Part shown: positions 8,941 to 18,817 of the stretch, piece by piece
Position numbering within the stretch: the first letter of the stretch is position 1
Layout: each line of letters opens with the position of its first letter
Assembly (NCBI RefSeq): GCF_014396165.1
Contig: NZ_CP060715.1
Span: 480,001 to 512,000, forward strand
Direction: 5' to 3'
Source: Erysipelothrix inopinata
GTDB lineage: Bacteria > Bacillota_I > Bacilli_A > Erysipelotrichales > Erysipelotrichaceae
Length of the DNA: 32,000 nt
Translations under genes and position numbers: made by a program
The notes under the pieces: model-generated
Told to the model about the DNA's origin: nothing
Seen by the model: only the letters and a program-made list of their open reading frames with translations
Database searches by the model: none

Positions 8941-8965
8941 AAAAAAAAGACTTCAAAATGAAGTC
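8941..8965 (-). terminator. Rho-independent terminator of focA
   Basis: GACTTCA-ttt-TGAAGTC followed by T8 on the minus strand, immediately after the focA stop (8967). Confidence 0.5.
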
Positions 8966-8966
8966 C

Positions 8967-9716
8967 TTACTTTTTATGAGTATTTGCCATAACGTAGAAG
9001 AGGCCAACAAATACAGCACCTCCTACAATGTTACCAAGATAGGAAAAGACAAAATTACTCAAAAATTGCGAGATTGTGACGCCACCATATGACATCGAAA
9101 TTCCCATGAGAAATACATTCGCAACACTATGTTGAAAACCTAACAGTACAAAGACCATAACCGGGAACCAAATTCCCATTATTTTGCCTGCACCATCTTT
9201 CATCACAATGTTTAACCAAACCCCCAACCCAACAAACCAGTTACAGATAATACCCGATACAAATGTACGAAGCGGGTCATAGTGTGCTTTCGATTGAGCC
9301 AAATTATTAATAACATCCTGATAAGAGGAAAGTGTTCCTAAATACGTTCCAACAATCAAGGCTACAAATAAGGCTCCCGCTATATTTGCTAGAGTAATTA
9401 CCAACCAGTTTTTAGCAAGTTGTGATAGTGTTACTTTTTTATTCCAATAGGCTGTTCCGATAACGGTCATATTACCAGTAATCAGTTCCCCACCAGCTAA
9501 TAGAATTACAAGAAGTCCAATCGGAAATATCGATGCCCCCAACACATTTCCTAAACCACCATCAATGGTAGCTACACATTTTATATACGCCATATATCCA
9601 AGAGATATCATTGCTCCTGCAATAAAGCCTAATACAATCTGTGCTTTGAGACTTTTATTAACTTTCTTAACACCCAACTCACTGACTAGCGAGACAGTTT
9701 CATCCAAAGAATTCAT
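8967..9716 (-). CDS. focA: Formate/nitrite transporter family channel (FocA-like)
   Basis: Polytopic protein with the FNT-type segment FPIGLLVILLAGGELITGN and a second half with GFQHSVANVF. Start moved to ATG 9716 (MNSLDE), preceded by GGAGGAA. The track TTG at 9770 would sit upstream of the TATAAT box at 9751-9756. Confidence 0.85.
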   Translation of the reverse strand: MNSLDETVSLVSELGVKKVNKSLKAQIVLGFIAGAMISLGYMAYIKCVATIDGGLGNVLGASIFPIGLLVILLAGGELITGNMTVIGTAYWNKKVTLSQLAKNWLVITLANIAGALFVALIVGTYLGTLSSYQDVINNLAQSKAHYDPLRTFVSGIICNWFVGLGVWLNIVMKDGAGKIMGIWFPVMVFVLLGFQHSVANVFLMGISMSYGGVTISQFLSNFVFSYLGNIVGGAVFVGLFYVMANTHKK

Positions 9717-9750
9717 ACGTTCCTCCATACCACTCTGTGTTATTCTACAA

Positions 9751-9778
9751 ATTATAGGTACTTGAAACAACCAGTTAA
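9751..9778 (-). promoter_or_regulatory. Probable focA promoter
   Basis: On the minus strand: TTAACT (9773-9778), 16-nt spacer, TATAAT (9751-9756), about 30 nt upstream of the SD. Confidence 0.45.
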
Positions 9779-9863
9779 CCGTAACTTTGTGAAAATTTTA
9801 GATTGTTTCGCCAATTATGACGCATCAAACAGCAAAGTTTGTAGGAAGTTCATTTTTTTGCAC

Positions 9864-9897
9864 AAAAAAAGACTCACTTGATAATTCAAGCAAGTCT
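9864..9897 (-). terminator. Rho-independent terminator of fba
   Basis: AGACT..CTTGA / TCAAG..AGTCT stem with a 2-nt internal mismatch, followed by T7 on the minus strand. Confidence 0.45.
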
Positions 9898-9914
9898 TCA
9901 TCACTTTAATCTAA

Positions 9915-10781
9915 TTAAGCTTTGTTTGCTGAACCGAATACAGTAATTTTTTCTTTAACTGTATCGCACATTGCTTGGTATCCAGGAGCTAAAAGTTTAC
10001 GAGGATCGTAGTTTTTACCTTCTAAATCTTTACCTTCTTCGATAAATTTACGTGTTGCTGCAGCAAATGCTAATTGTAATTCTGTGTTAACGTTGATTTT
10101 AGCTACTCCTAAATCAACTGCTTTTTGTGTTTGGTCTGTAGGAATTCCTGATCCACCGTGTAATACTAATGGAATGTTTCCTGTTGCTTTCTTGATTGCA
10201 TCAAGAGTTTCGAAGCTTAGTCCAGCCCAGTTTTCTGGATATTTACCGTGGATGTTACCGATACCAGCTGCTAAGAAGTCGATACCTGTATCAACCATCA
10301 TTTTACATTCTGCTGGGTCAGCTAATTCACCTGTACCGATGATTCCGTCTTCTTCTCCACCGATTGATCCAACTTCAGCTTCAACTGATGCACCTTGTGC
10401 ATGAGCGATTGAAACAATTTCACGTGTTTCTGCTAAGTTTTGGTCTAATGGTAAGTGTGATCCATCATACATAACTGATGTAAATCCAGCTGCAAGAGCT
10501 TTTTTAGCTCCTTCGAAGCTACCGTGGTCTAAGTGTAATGCTACAGGAACTGTGATGTTTAGTTCTTCCATCATTCCTTCAACCATCTTAACGATTGTTT
10601 TGTAACCTGTCATATATTTACCAGCACCTTCTGATACTGCTACCAAGATTGGTGAGTTCATTTCTTGTGCTGTTGAAAGGACTGCTTTTGTCCACTCTAA
10701 GTTGTTAATGTTAATTGCAGGAACAGCGTAGTGGCCGTCACGTGCATTTTCCAAAATTTCTTTTGCTGAAACTAATGCCAT
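9915..10781 (-). CDS. fba: Class II fructose-1,6-bisphosphate aldolase
   Basis: 288 aa. PAININNLE, VALHLDHG and LVLHGGSG motifs of class II (metal-dependent) aldolases. AGGAGG SD. Confidence 0.95.
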   Translation of the reverse strand: MALVSAKEILENARDGHYAVPAININNLEWTKAVLSTAQEMNSPILVAVSEGAGKYMTGYKTIVKMVEGMMEELNITVPVALHLDHGSFEGAKKALAAGFTSVMYDGSHLPLDQNLAETREIVSIAHAQGASVEAEVGSIGGEEDGIIGTGELADPAECKMMVDTGIDFLAAGIGNIHGKYPENWAGLSFETLDAIKKATGNIPLVLHGGSGIPTDQTQKAVDLGVAKINVNTELQLAFAAATRKFIEEGKDLEGKNYDPRKLLAPGYQAMCDTVKEKITVFGSANKA

Positions 10782-10809
10782 AAAATATTTTCCTCCTAAT
10801 ATCTACAAT

Positions 10810-12441
<1,632 letters not shown>

Positions 12442-12446
12442 TTAAT

Positions 12447-12520
12447 ACAAAATAAAAGCTCCCATCAAATGGAAGCTTATTGCCCTTTTATATTTTAGCA
12501 AACTTAATATTTGACTTCAA
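12447..12520 (-). promoter_or_regulatory. pyrG promoter plus leader attenuator (reiterative-transcription type)
   Basis: On the minus strand: TTGAAG (12515-12520), 17-nt spacer, TAAAAT (12492-12497), 6 nt, then GGGC (12482-12485). The hairpin is AAGCUUCC-7 nt-GGGAGCUU (12456-12478), followed by UUAUUUUG, then AAGGAG and the ATG. The 5' arm has the pyrimidine tract CUUCC. Confidence 0.7.
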
Positions 12521-12533
12521 CCGCTTTAGCGAT

Positions 12534-12854
12534 TTATTCGTCATCTGTTGCAACTTCTTCTTCGTAATCGTCATAGTCCTCGTCGTAATCATCATAACTA
12601 TCGAGCAAATCAGGATCGATTTGTAAACTTTCAAGTGAATGACGTTCACGTAAATCCCATGTGTTGCTTTCAAGAGAGATAAATCGGGAATCCATCATAA
12701 GTGCATTATAGAATGATGCTACTTTTCTTTTAGCGACTGCTTCAGGAAAATTTGCCTCTACAGAAACTTCTTGCCAAAGCTTTTGAAACGGTATTTCTTT
12801 TTTCTTTTTCGTTAAGCGTTCAAACGCAATATCAGTTAGTGATTTTGATGACAT
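12534..12854 (-). CDS. rpoE: DNA-directed RNA polymerase delta subunit
   Basis: N-terminal domain ending FYNALMMDSRFISLESNTWDLRE plus an acidic tail DSYDDYDEDYDDYEEEVATDDE. Sits immediately upstream of pyrG, as in Bacillus. Start at ATG 12854 (MSSKSL) is preceded by GGAGG. Confidence 0.85.
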   Translation of the reverse strand: MSSKSLTDIAFERLTKKKKEIPFQKLWQEVSVEANFPEAVAKRKVASFYNALMMDSRFISLESNTWDLRERHSLESLQIDPDLLDSYDDYDEDYDDYEEEVATDDE

Positions 12855-12856
12855 AT

Positions 12857-13237
12857 TTATACCTCCGGTTCCCACCAACATTCAAAGACTAGAATATCGA
12901 TGATTTCATCGTTTTGCTTTAAATGATACCTTATATAAATAAAATTAGATTCAATCTTCATAGATTCTACTTTAATATTAAATGCTACCACACCATGCTC
13001 GTTTGTGATGCTCAATTCTGTCGTTTCAGTTTGATGAAATGATCCCAGTGTTATCCAGGAATCTTCCCGCTTCATTGATACTTCACTACGCGTAACATTT
13101 AAGATTACTATCGCTCCATCCGGCTCGAAATAAACAATTCTTTTATAATCACCATAATCATCAATTTGTGCGTTTAATTGATTGTACTCATGCTGACTAT
13201 CTTGAGCCTTTTGTCGTATATTAATTTTAGTCTTAAT
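12857..13237 (-). CDS. Hypothetical protein; proposed non-canonical ATT start (minimal ATG-started version is 12857-13075)
   Basis: The frame is open from 13267 down to the stop at 12857. AGGAGG (13244-13249) is followed after 6 nt by in-frame ATT (13237). There is no ATG, GTG or TTG in frame until 13075, and that ATG has no SD. A consensus promoter lies directly upstream. The stop is 2 nt before the rpoE ATG. Confidence 0.45.
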   Translation of the reverse strand: MKTKINIRQKAQDSQHEYNQLNAQIDDYGDYKRIVYFEPDGAIVILNVTRSEVSMKREDSWITLGSFHQTETTELSITNEHGVVAFNIKVESMKIESNFIYIRYHLKQNDEIIDILVFECWWEPEV

Positions 13238-13266
13238 GTAGATCCTCCTAACATATTTACCACTGA

Positions 13267-13294
13267 ATTATATTCAAGATACAAGGATTGTCAA
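13267..13294 (-). promoter_or_regulatory. Near-consensus sigma-A promoter of the hypothetical-rpoE(-pyrG-fba) transcription unit
   Basis: On the minus strand: TTGACA (13289-13294), 16-nt spacer, TATAAT (13267-13272). Confidence 0.6.
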
Positions 13295-13307
13295 TAGCTT
13301 TACAACA

Positions 13308-13342
13308 TAAATAACAAAAGTATGCAAAATAGCGCATACTTT
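13308..13342 (-). terminator. Rho-independent terminator of the aminopeptidase gene
   Basis: AAAGTATGC-8 nt-GCATACTTT followed by TGTTATTT on the minus strand. Confidence 0.65.
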
Positions 13343-13357
13343 CATTAAATGTTCACA

Positions 13358-14578
13358 TTACTTTAACATAGTTTTTTCAATTGCATCGACTTCACGAATG
13401 ATTTGAGGCGCTAAATCTACGCAACCATTTTCAGTTACAACTACATCAGTTTCAATACGAATTCCGATGCTCTCTTCCGCAATATAAAGCCCTGGTTCGT
13501 TGGTAATAACATTTCCCACGACCAGTGGTGTAGCTCGATCTAACCACACATCATGAGTATCAAGACCTAATGAGTGTCCAATGCTGTGATAGTAGTATTG
13601 ACCCACCTCTTCGACAGAATCTATCAAACCAAGCTTAATACAAGACTTACCTAACAATTCTTTAGATAATTCGTTAAGATCTAAAATACTTACTCCTGGT
13701 TTAATTGCTTCATTAATAGCATGGAAACAATTTAGGACCTCTTGGTAAACGTCTCTTTGTCGTTGTGTATATTTACCATTGATTGGGAATGTACGCGAAA
13801 TATCTGCACCATATCCATTAACACGGATTCCTAAATCTAATAAGACAAGCTCACCATCATTTAAAGGTTGATCATTTGAGATGTAGTGCAATGTTGTAGC
13901 ATTCTTTCCAGATGCAACAATCGTATCAAACATAAGGTCTCCGTGTGCACGATTCCCTTCATATAAGAAACGAGCAGCCATATCATTTTCATTATTTCCC
14001 GGTTTCATTTCTTCAATCATACTCATAATTGCTGTATTAGTAACTTCCGCTGCAGCTTTAATTGCCTCAACTTCTTCTGGAAGTTTAACCATACGACACT
14101 TCACAATATTTTCAAAAATATCCGTTACAAAATCTTCATCGAATTCTTCCGAGAACATCAACCCTGATCCATAATACTCATCAGCAATCGTGTCATGATC
14201 CATATCAACACCGATCTTATAACCAGCTTTAATGACTTCTCCTACATAATCATCAAATGCCGAGAAGTAACGAATGTCTTCGACACCACAGCGTTCAAAA
14301 GCTTCTGTATCACGCATGTAATGGCCAATCCATTTTTCTTTAAATGCATCAATATCTCTCAAGAAGAGAATTTCTTTTTGATTTGGTTTGTCAAAAACAA
14401 GGATTGCTCCCGGTTCTTCTATATGGGTTCCATAAAAAAAGTTACGGTTTGCAAAGAATGGATATTCAGCATCTGCTGATTTTCTTACAGGCAATCCACT
14501 GAATAGAAAGGTCACTGTATTGTCTGGTAACTCGTTCATAATATTTTTTCTAATTGTAATTAAAGTTTCTTTATTCAT
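13358..14578 (-). CDS. M24 family Xaa-Pro aminopeptidase
   Basis: 406 aa. Pita-bread fold metal ligands in context: VLLDLG...YGADISRT, HSIGHSLGLDTHD, NEPGLY, IRIETD. AGGAGG SD. Confidence 0.85.
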   Translation of the reverse strand: MNKETLITIRKNIMNELPDNTVTFLFSGLPVRKSADAEYPFFANRNFFYGTHIEEPGAILVFDKPNQKEILFLRDIDAFKEKWIGHYMRDTEAFERCGVEDIRYFSAFDDYVGEVIKAGYKIGVDMDHDTIADEYYGSGLMFSEEFDEDFVTDIFENIVKCRMVKLPEEVEAIKAAAEVTNTAIMSMIEEMKPGNNENDMAARFLYEGNRAHGDLMFDTIVASGKNATTLHYISNDQPLNDGELVLLDLGIRVNGYGADISRTFPINGKYTQRQRDVYQEVLNCFHAINEAIKPGVSILDLNELSKELLGKSCIKLGLIDSVEEVGQYYYHSIGHSLGLDTHDVWLDRATPLVVGNVITNEPGLYIAEESIGIRIETDVVVTENGCVDLAPQIIREVDAIEKTMLK

Positions 14579-14678
14579 ATCGTGTCCTCCTAGGTGTACT
14601 TATTATCCCTCAACACCTCTAAGATAGCAACCCAAAATATACTCTTACAATTTTAATTAATTTAGCTTGGGATAGCGC

Positions 14679-14709
14679 AAAAAAGACACTCTCAATTTAG
14701 AGAATGTCT
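14679..14709 (-). terminator. Rho-independent terminator of gltX-HD operon
   Basis: 10-bp stem AGACAUUCUC / GAGAGUGUCU (one G-U pair) followed by TTTTTT on the minus strand. Confidence 0.6.
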
Positions 14710-14718
14710 ATAACTTAA

Positions 14719-15957
14719 TTATATTTCAGTTCTAACTTTATCAGGGAAGAATACTTTACTATCTTCTTTCATATTTCCAGTTGCAAAACCATGGACGATT
14801 GATGATGCTTTCGATAACTCAACAAGCGAACCATCTTTCATTTGCACCCAAATTCCACTATCCACACCTTCTTCATAAGGCATGTAGAGGATTTGTGTTG
14901 TATAGTCTTGAATAACATAATACTCAGGGTCATATCCGAGATTACGTACGGACGCCACAATCGATTCCATTTGATCATTATCCAAAACATCTTGGTATTT
15001 AAAGAGGTCTCTATTCAAGAGTCGTGACGATAAATCACGCAAGATAGGATCATCACACTCTGTCAAAGTCATAAACCCACTAAGACATGTTGATTCATCC
15101 AACTGGTAATGAGCCTTTAAACTGATATCTCCCTTGCTCACAAAGGGTTTAATGAATGAAATCGAATCCATAGCATTACGATCTTCTAACGTTAAATCTC
15201 TCATTCGTTTAAATAACGCAAGCAATATCATTTCAAAACTTCGTGACGTAGGGTGAAGATACACTTGCCAGTACATTTGATAGCGAGCCATGATGTAATC
15301 TTCTACAGCATGAATTCCACTTTCTTTCACTACAATTCGATCATCCACTACTTTTAACGTACGAATAATTCGATTGAGATCAAACTCTCCATAGCTTACA
15401 CCAGTAAAGTAAGAGTCTCTTAGAAGGTAATCCATACGGTCCGCATCCAATTGACTTGAAATAATTTGGGTCAGAAGTTTTCTTTCGGCTCTGTGCGCAA
15501 TTATGTCAGCAACAAGCTGCGGTAAGTCTTCCGAAGTTTCTCTCAATATTTTATTAATATGAGTATCTTCAAGAATGATACGATCTGTAAACTCTTCGTG
15601 ATTTACAGAGGTAACTGCTTCAAATGCATGAGAAAATGGCCCATGCCCAACATCATGAAGGAGTCCAGCACAAAGGAGTGCTACAACTTCAAACTCAGAA
15701 AGCACATCTTTCAATCCAGCAACTTTTTCAATGATGTTTCGAACCAACTCGTACACACCTACAGAGTGTGAAAAGCGAGAATGCTCAGCACCATGGTAGA
15801 CCTGATACGTTCCTCCCAGTTGATGAATTCTTCGTAAGCGTTGAAATTCAGGAGCATTAATGAGATCCCAAATAATTTGGTACTCAACATTAATGTATCC
15901 ATGAACCGGATCACGCATTACTTTTAATTCATGACATTTTTTAAAATTATTTGACAT
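14719..15957 (-). CDS. HD-domain dNTP triphosphohydrolase-like protein (EF1143 / YwfO type)
   Basis: RDPVHGYI...EFQRLRRI.QLG...HSRFSHSVGV and LLHDVGHGPFSH (HD motif). Start taken as ATG 15957, which overlaps the gltX 3' end by 11 nt; the track start at 15966 is TTG. Confidence 0.8.
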   Translation of the reverse strand: MSNNFKKCHELKVMRDPVHGYINVEYQIIWDLINAPEFQRLRRIHQLGGTYQVYHGAEHSRFSHSVGVYELVRNIIEKVAGLKDVLSEFEVVALLCAGLLHDVGHGPFSHAFEAVTSVNHEEFTDRIILEDTHINKILRETSEDLPQLVADIIAHRAERKLLTQIISSQLDADRMDYLLRDSYFTGVSYGEFDLNRIIRTLKVVDDRIVVKESGIHAVEDYIMARYQMYWQVYLHPTSRSFEMILLALFKRMRDLTLEDRNAMDSISFIKPFVSKGDISLKAHYQLDESTCLSGFMTLTECDDPILRDLSSRLLNRDLFKYQDVLDNDQMESIVASVRNLGYDPEYYVIQDYTTQILYMPYEEGVDSGIWVQMKDGSLVELSKASSIVHGFATGNMKEDSKVFFPDKVRTEI

Positions 15958-17386
15958 AATCTTCAAGTCTTTGTTTTACAGTTTCATAACCAGTTAAATA
16001 TAAAGCACTCATTAAATCTGGTCCATGAGTTTGATATGTTGCGGAAACACGAAGACCCATAAATAAAGGTTTTCCTTTTAGTTCAGATAATTTCTTAGCT
16101 TCATTAAATGCTTCTTTTAGATTTTCCACAGTCCATTCGGTTGGTAAGCATGATAGGAATGCTTTCGCAACAACAGGTGTAGTTTCCCATTCAAGGACTT
16201 CTCTTTCAGCATCAGTAAGTTCTGGCTCTTCAAAGAATGGTTTTACTAATTCCACAATTTCAGCACCGTATTGAAGTTGTTCTTTATATAAAAGCATACA
16301 CATTTCAACCCACTCATTATCACGTGTTGAAAGATCGTAAGCTTCTTCCACAAATGGACGTACAAAGTCTAACCATTCTGAATCTTCTTTAGCCTTTAAG
16401 TATTGGTGATTCATCCATGTTAATTTGGTAACATCAAACATTGATGGCGCTTTTGATAAACGTGTTTCATCAAATTCTGCGATTAATTCTTCCTTAGTAA
16501 ATAATTCTTGTTCCCCTTTAGGTGACCAACCTAGAAGAGTCATGAAATTAAACATCGCTTCTGGTAGATAACCTTGGTCTTTGTATTGACTGATGTATTG
16601 CATGATTGAATTATCTCGTTTTGATAATTTCTTACCGTTTTCGTTCACAATCAAAGTCATATGTCCAAACTTAGGAATATCCCAACCAAACATTTCAAAT
16701 AACATCATTTGTTTTGGAGTATTAGAAATATGTTCTTCACCTCTAAACACATGGCTAATTTCCATGAGGTGATCATCAATAACAACTGCAAAGTTATAAG
16801 TAGGAATACCATTTGATTTTACGATAACCCAATCACCGATGTCTTTAGATTCAAAAGTAATCGTACCACGTACCATATCATCGAATGTATATACTTTATT
16901 TTCAGGTACACGAAGTCTCACTGAATAAGCGCGACCTTCTTCTTCATACTTACATTTTTCATCATGGCTTAGATGTAGACATTTTTGGTTATAACGTGTT
17001 GAAGCATACCCTGCTTCTTTTTGACGATTGTAATCTTCTTCTAATTCTTCAGGAGTACAGTAACACTTGTATGCATCACCGCTCTCTAAAAGTTTCTCAA
17101 CATACTTATTATAAATATCGAGTCTCTCCATTTGTCTGTATGGAGCATATGCTTCATTAGGTTTGTCTGGAGATTCGTCAGGAATAATTCCTAACCAATT
17201 TAAGTAATAAAGTTGTGATTCCTCGCCACCCTCAACGTTACGCTCAATATCTGTATCCTCAATACGCAATACAAAATCACCACCGTAATGTTTTGCGATT
17301 AAATAATCAAACAATGCGGTTCGAGCGTTTCCAATGTGTAAAAATCCTGTTGGACTTGGTGCATAACGAACTCTAACTTTTTTCAT
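15947..17386 (-). CDS. gltX: Glutamate--tRNA ligase
   Basis: RYAPSPTGFLHIGNART (HIGH) and KLSKR (KMSKS). Start moved to ATG 17386 (MKKVRVRY) after GAGAGAGG. Confidence 0.95.
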   Translation of the reverse strand: MKKVRVRYAPSPTGFLHIGNARTALFDYLIAKHYGGDFVLRIEDTDIERNVEGGEESQLYYLNWLGIIPDESPDKPNEAYAPYRQMERLDIYNKYVEKLLESGDAYKCYCTPEELEEDYNRQKEAGYASTRYNQKCLHLSHDEKCKYEEEGRAYSVRLRVPENKVYTFDDMVRGTITFESKDIGDWVIVKSNGIPTYNFAVVIDDHLMEISHVFRGEEHISNTPKQMMLFEMFGWDIPKFGHMTLIVNENGKKLSKRDNSIMQYISQYKDQGYLPEAMFNFMTLLGWSPKGEQELFTKEELIAEFDETRLSKAPSMFDVTKLTWMNHQYLKAKEDSEWLDFVRPFVEEAYDLSTRDNEWVEMCMLLYKEQLQYGAEIVELVKPFFEEPELTDAEREVLEWETTPVVAKAFLSCLPTEWTVENLKEAFNEAKKLSELKGKPLFMGLRVSATYQTHGPDLMSALYLTGYETVKQRLEDYVK

Positions 17387-17463
17387 TTTAATACCTCTCT
17401 CTAAATGCCTTTCCATTATATCACGCTTTGTCAAGTGTTTAAATGGATATTCATACTCAAAAC

Positions 17464-17492
17464 TAAAAAGAAAGAACCTTAAGTTCTTTCTT
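17464..17492 (-). terminator. Rho-independent terminator of the thiolase gene
   Basis: Perfect 10-bp stem AAGAAAGAAC / GTTCTTTCTT with a 5-nt loop, then TTTT on the minus strand. Confidence 0.65.
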
Positions 17493-17500
17493 ATGACATC

Positions 17501-18670
17501 TTAAAATTCTGTTTTGATAAGCATTGCCATTCCCAGCCCACCACCAATACAAAGTGATGCGATGCCAGTCGAAAGTTCTTCTCTTCTTAATTCATGAATA
17601 AGACTTACCAAGATACGAGCTCCCGAAGATCCAATTGGATGACCCAATGCAATGGCACCACCATTGACATTAACCTTCGTTAAATCAAGTTCAAGATCAT
17701 CAAGAACGGCTACCGATTGTGATGCGAAGGCTTCATTGATTTCATAACGATCGACACTATCATGAGTGATACTTTGTTTAGATAGTAATTTTTTTATGGC
17801 GTAGTAAGGTGAGTATCCCATTAAGCTTGGATCCATACCAATCTCTGTATAACCTTCAATGGTTGCGAGGATGGGAAGATTCATAGCTTCTGCTTTCTCA
17901 CGAGACATCAAGACTAAAGCAGCAGAACCATCATTAATTCCTGATGCATTCCCTGCAGTGACCGTACCCTCTTTTATAAAAGAGGGTTTCAAACGTTCAA
18001 GTCCTTCGATTGTACTATTATGACGTACAAACTCGTCTTCCTCAAACAGACCGTCTTTCACAGGTATGGGTACAATTTCTTCTTTAAATTTTCCTTCTTT
18101 GATAGCACGTGATGCTTTAAGTTGAGAATCGAGTGCGAATGCATCTTGACGTTCACGGCTAACATTATATTTTTTCGCAATATTTTCTGCGGTGATTCCC
18201 ATTAAATCATTTGAAAATGCATCAATGAGGCCATCTTTAAAAATTGCATCTTGTGTTTCCAGGAGTCTTAATTTAGTACCAAATCGAGCATTCTCAAGGT
18301 ATTGTGGTGCCATCGACATATTTTCAAAGCCACCAACAACAACCGTATCATTTTCACCAAGCATAATTGATTGCATCCCTAGATGAACTGCCTTAAGTCC
18401 TGAACCACATACTTCATTGACGGTGAAAGCAGGAACATCTACGCCAATCCCAGCACCAATCGATGCTTGACGCGCAGGGTTTTGCCCTAAGTTGGCTTGA
18501 AGAACATTTCCCATGATAACATAATCAACATCTTCAACCGATAAACCTGAACGCTTTACTGCAGATTCAATAACTGCAGATCCTAACTTCACAGCCGGTG
18601 TAGCAGAAAGACTGCCTCCAAATTTACCTATGGCACTTCGGCATGCGCCTACAATTACAACATCTCTCAT
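17501..18670 (-). CDS. Acetyl-CoA C-acetyltransferase (thiolase II)
   Basis: 389 aa. Active-site Cys in VNEVCGSGLKA, then GNASGINDGSAA and C-terminal CIGGGLGMA. Confidence 0.93.
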   Translation of the reverse strand: MRDVVIVGACRSAIGKFGGSLSATPAVKLGSAVIESAVKRSGLSVEDVDYVIMGNVLQANLGQNPARQASIGAGIGVDVPAFTVNEVCGSGLKAVHLGMQSIMLGENDTVVVGGFENMSMAPQYLENARFGTKLRLLETQDAIFKDGLIDAFSNDLMGITAENIAKKYNVSRERQDAFALDSQLKASRAIKEGKFKEEIVPIPVKDGLFEEDEFVRHNSTIEGLERLKPSFIKEGTVTAGNASGINDGSAALVLMSREKAEAMNLPILATIEGYTEIGMDPSLMGYSPYYAIKKLLSKQSITHDSVDRYEINEAFASQSVAVLDDLELDLTKVNVNGGAIALGHPIGSSGARILVSLIHELRREELSTGIASLCIGGGLGMAMLIKTEF

Positions 18671-18759
18671 TTCATCACCTCTTAGACTCCAATTATACCG
18701 ATTATTAACACAAAATACACGAAATCTTTATGTGGAATTGTTGTCACCCTGTTTTTCCT

Positions 18760-18788
18760 TTGCTTAATAATGTGTAACCCATTATAAT
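18760..18788 (+). promoter_or_regulatory. mvaS promoter
   Basis: TTGCTT (18760-18765), 17-nt spacer, TATAAT (18783-18788), then GAAGGAG SD and ATG at 18818. Confidence 0.5.
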
Positions 18789-18817
18789 AAGGGAGAAATA
18801 TATGAAGGAGACATATC

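Noticed and set aside
9717-9770. N-terminal extensions in ORF-track models that begin at TTG, GTG or upstream ATG: focA 9770, pflB 5222, DUF2500 6531, rpoE 12881, HD 15966, gltX 17434, rarA 23128, lipoprotein 25430, xth 29914 and hypothetical 30729.
   Set aside because: In each case a downstream ATG has a properly spaced SD and gives the family-typical N-terminus, for example a signal peptide starting MKK or MKLVSWNVNG for Xth. The extension would overlap promoter or SD elements.
12488-12673. 61-aa minus-strand ORF spanning the rpoE 3' end and the pyrG leader.
   Set aside because: It is out of frame with rpoE and runs through the pyrG promoter and GGGC start. The region is better explained by the rpoE acidic tail and the attenuator.
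14719-15957. HD-domain dNTPase considered as a possible anti-phage dNTP-depletion defence gene.
   Set aside because: It overlaps and is co-transcribed with gltX, closely matches the pattern of housekeeping EF1143/YwfO-type enzymes, and has no neighbouring defence or mobile genes.
17387-17463. Looked for a T-box leader upstream of gltX, and for riboswitch-like leaders upstream of folD, pflB, the aminopeptidase gene and the lipoprotein genes.
   Set aside because: The gltX leader is only a few tens of nt beyond the upstream terminator. No specifier or T-box consensus, or conserved riboswitch core such as the FMN or THF elements, was recognisable by eye. Covariance-model scanning would be needed to be certain.
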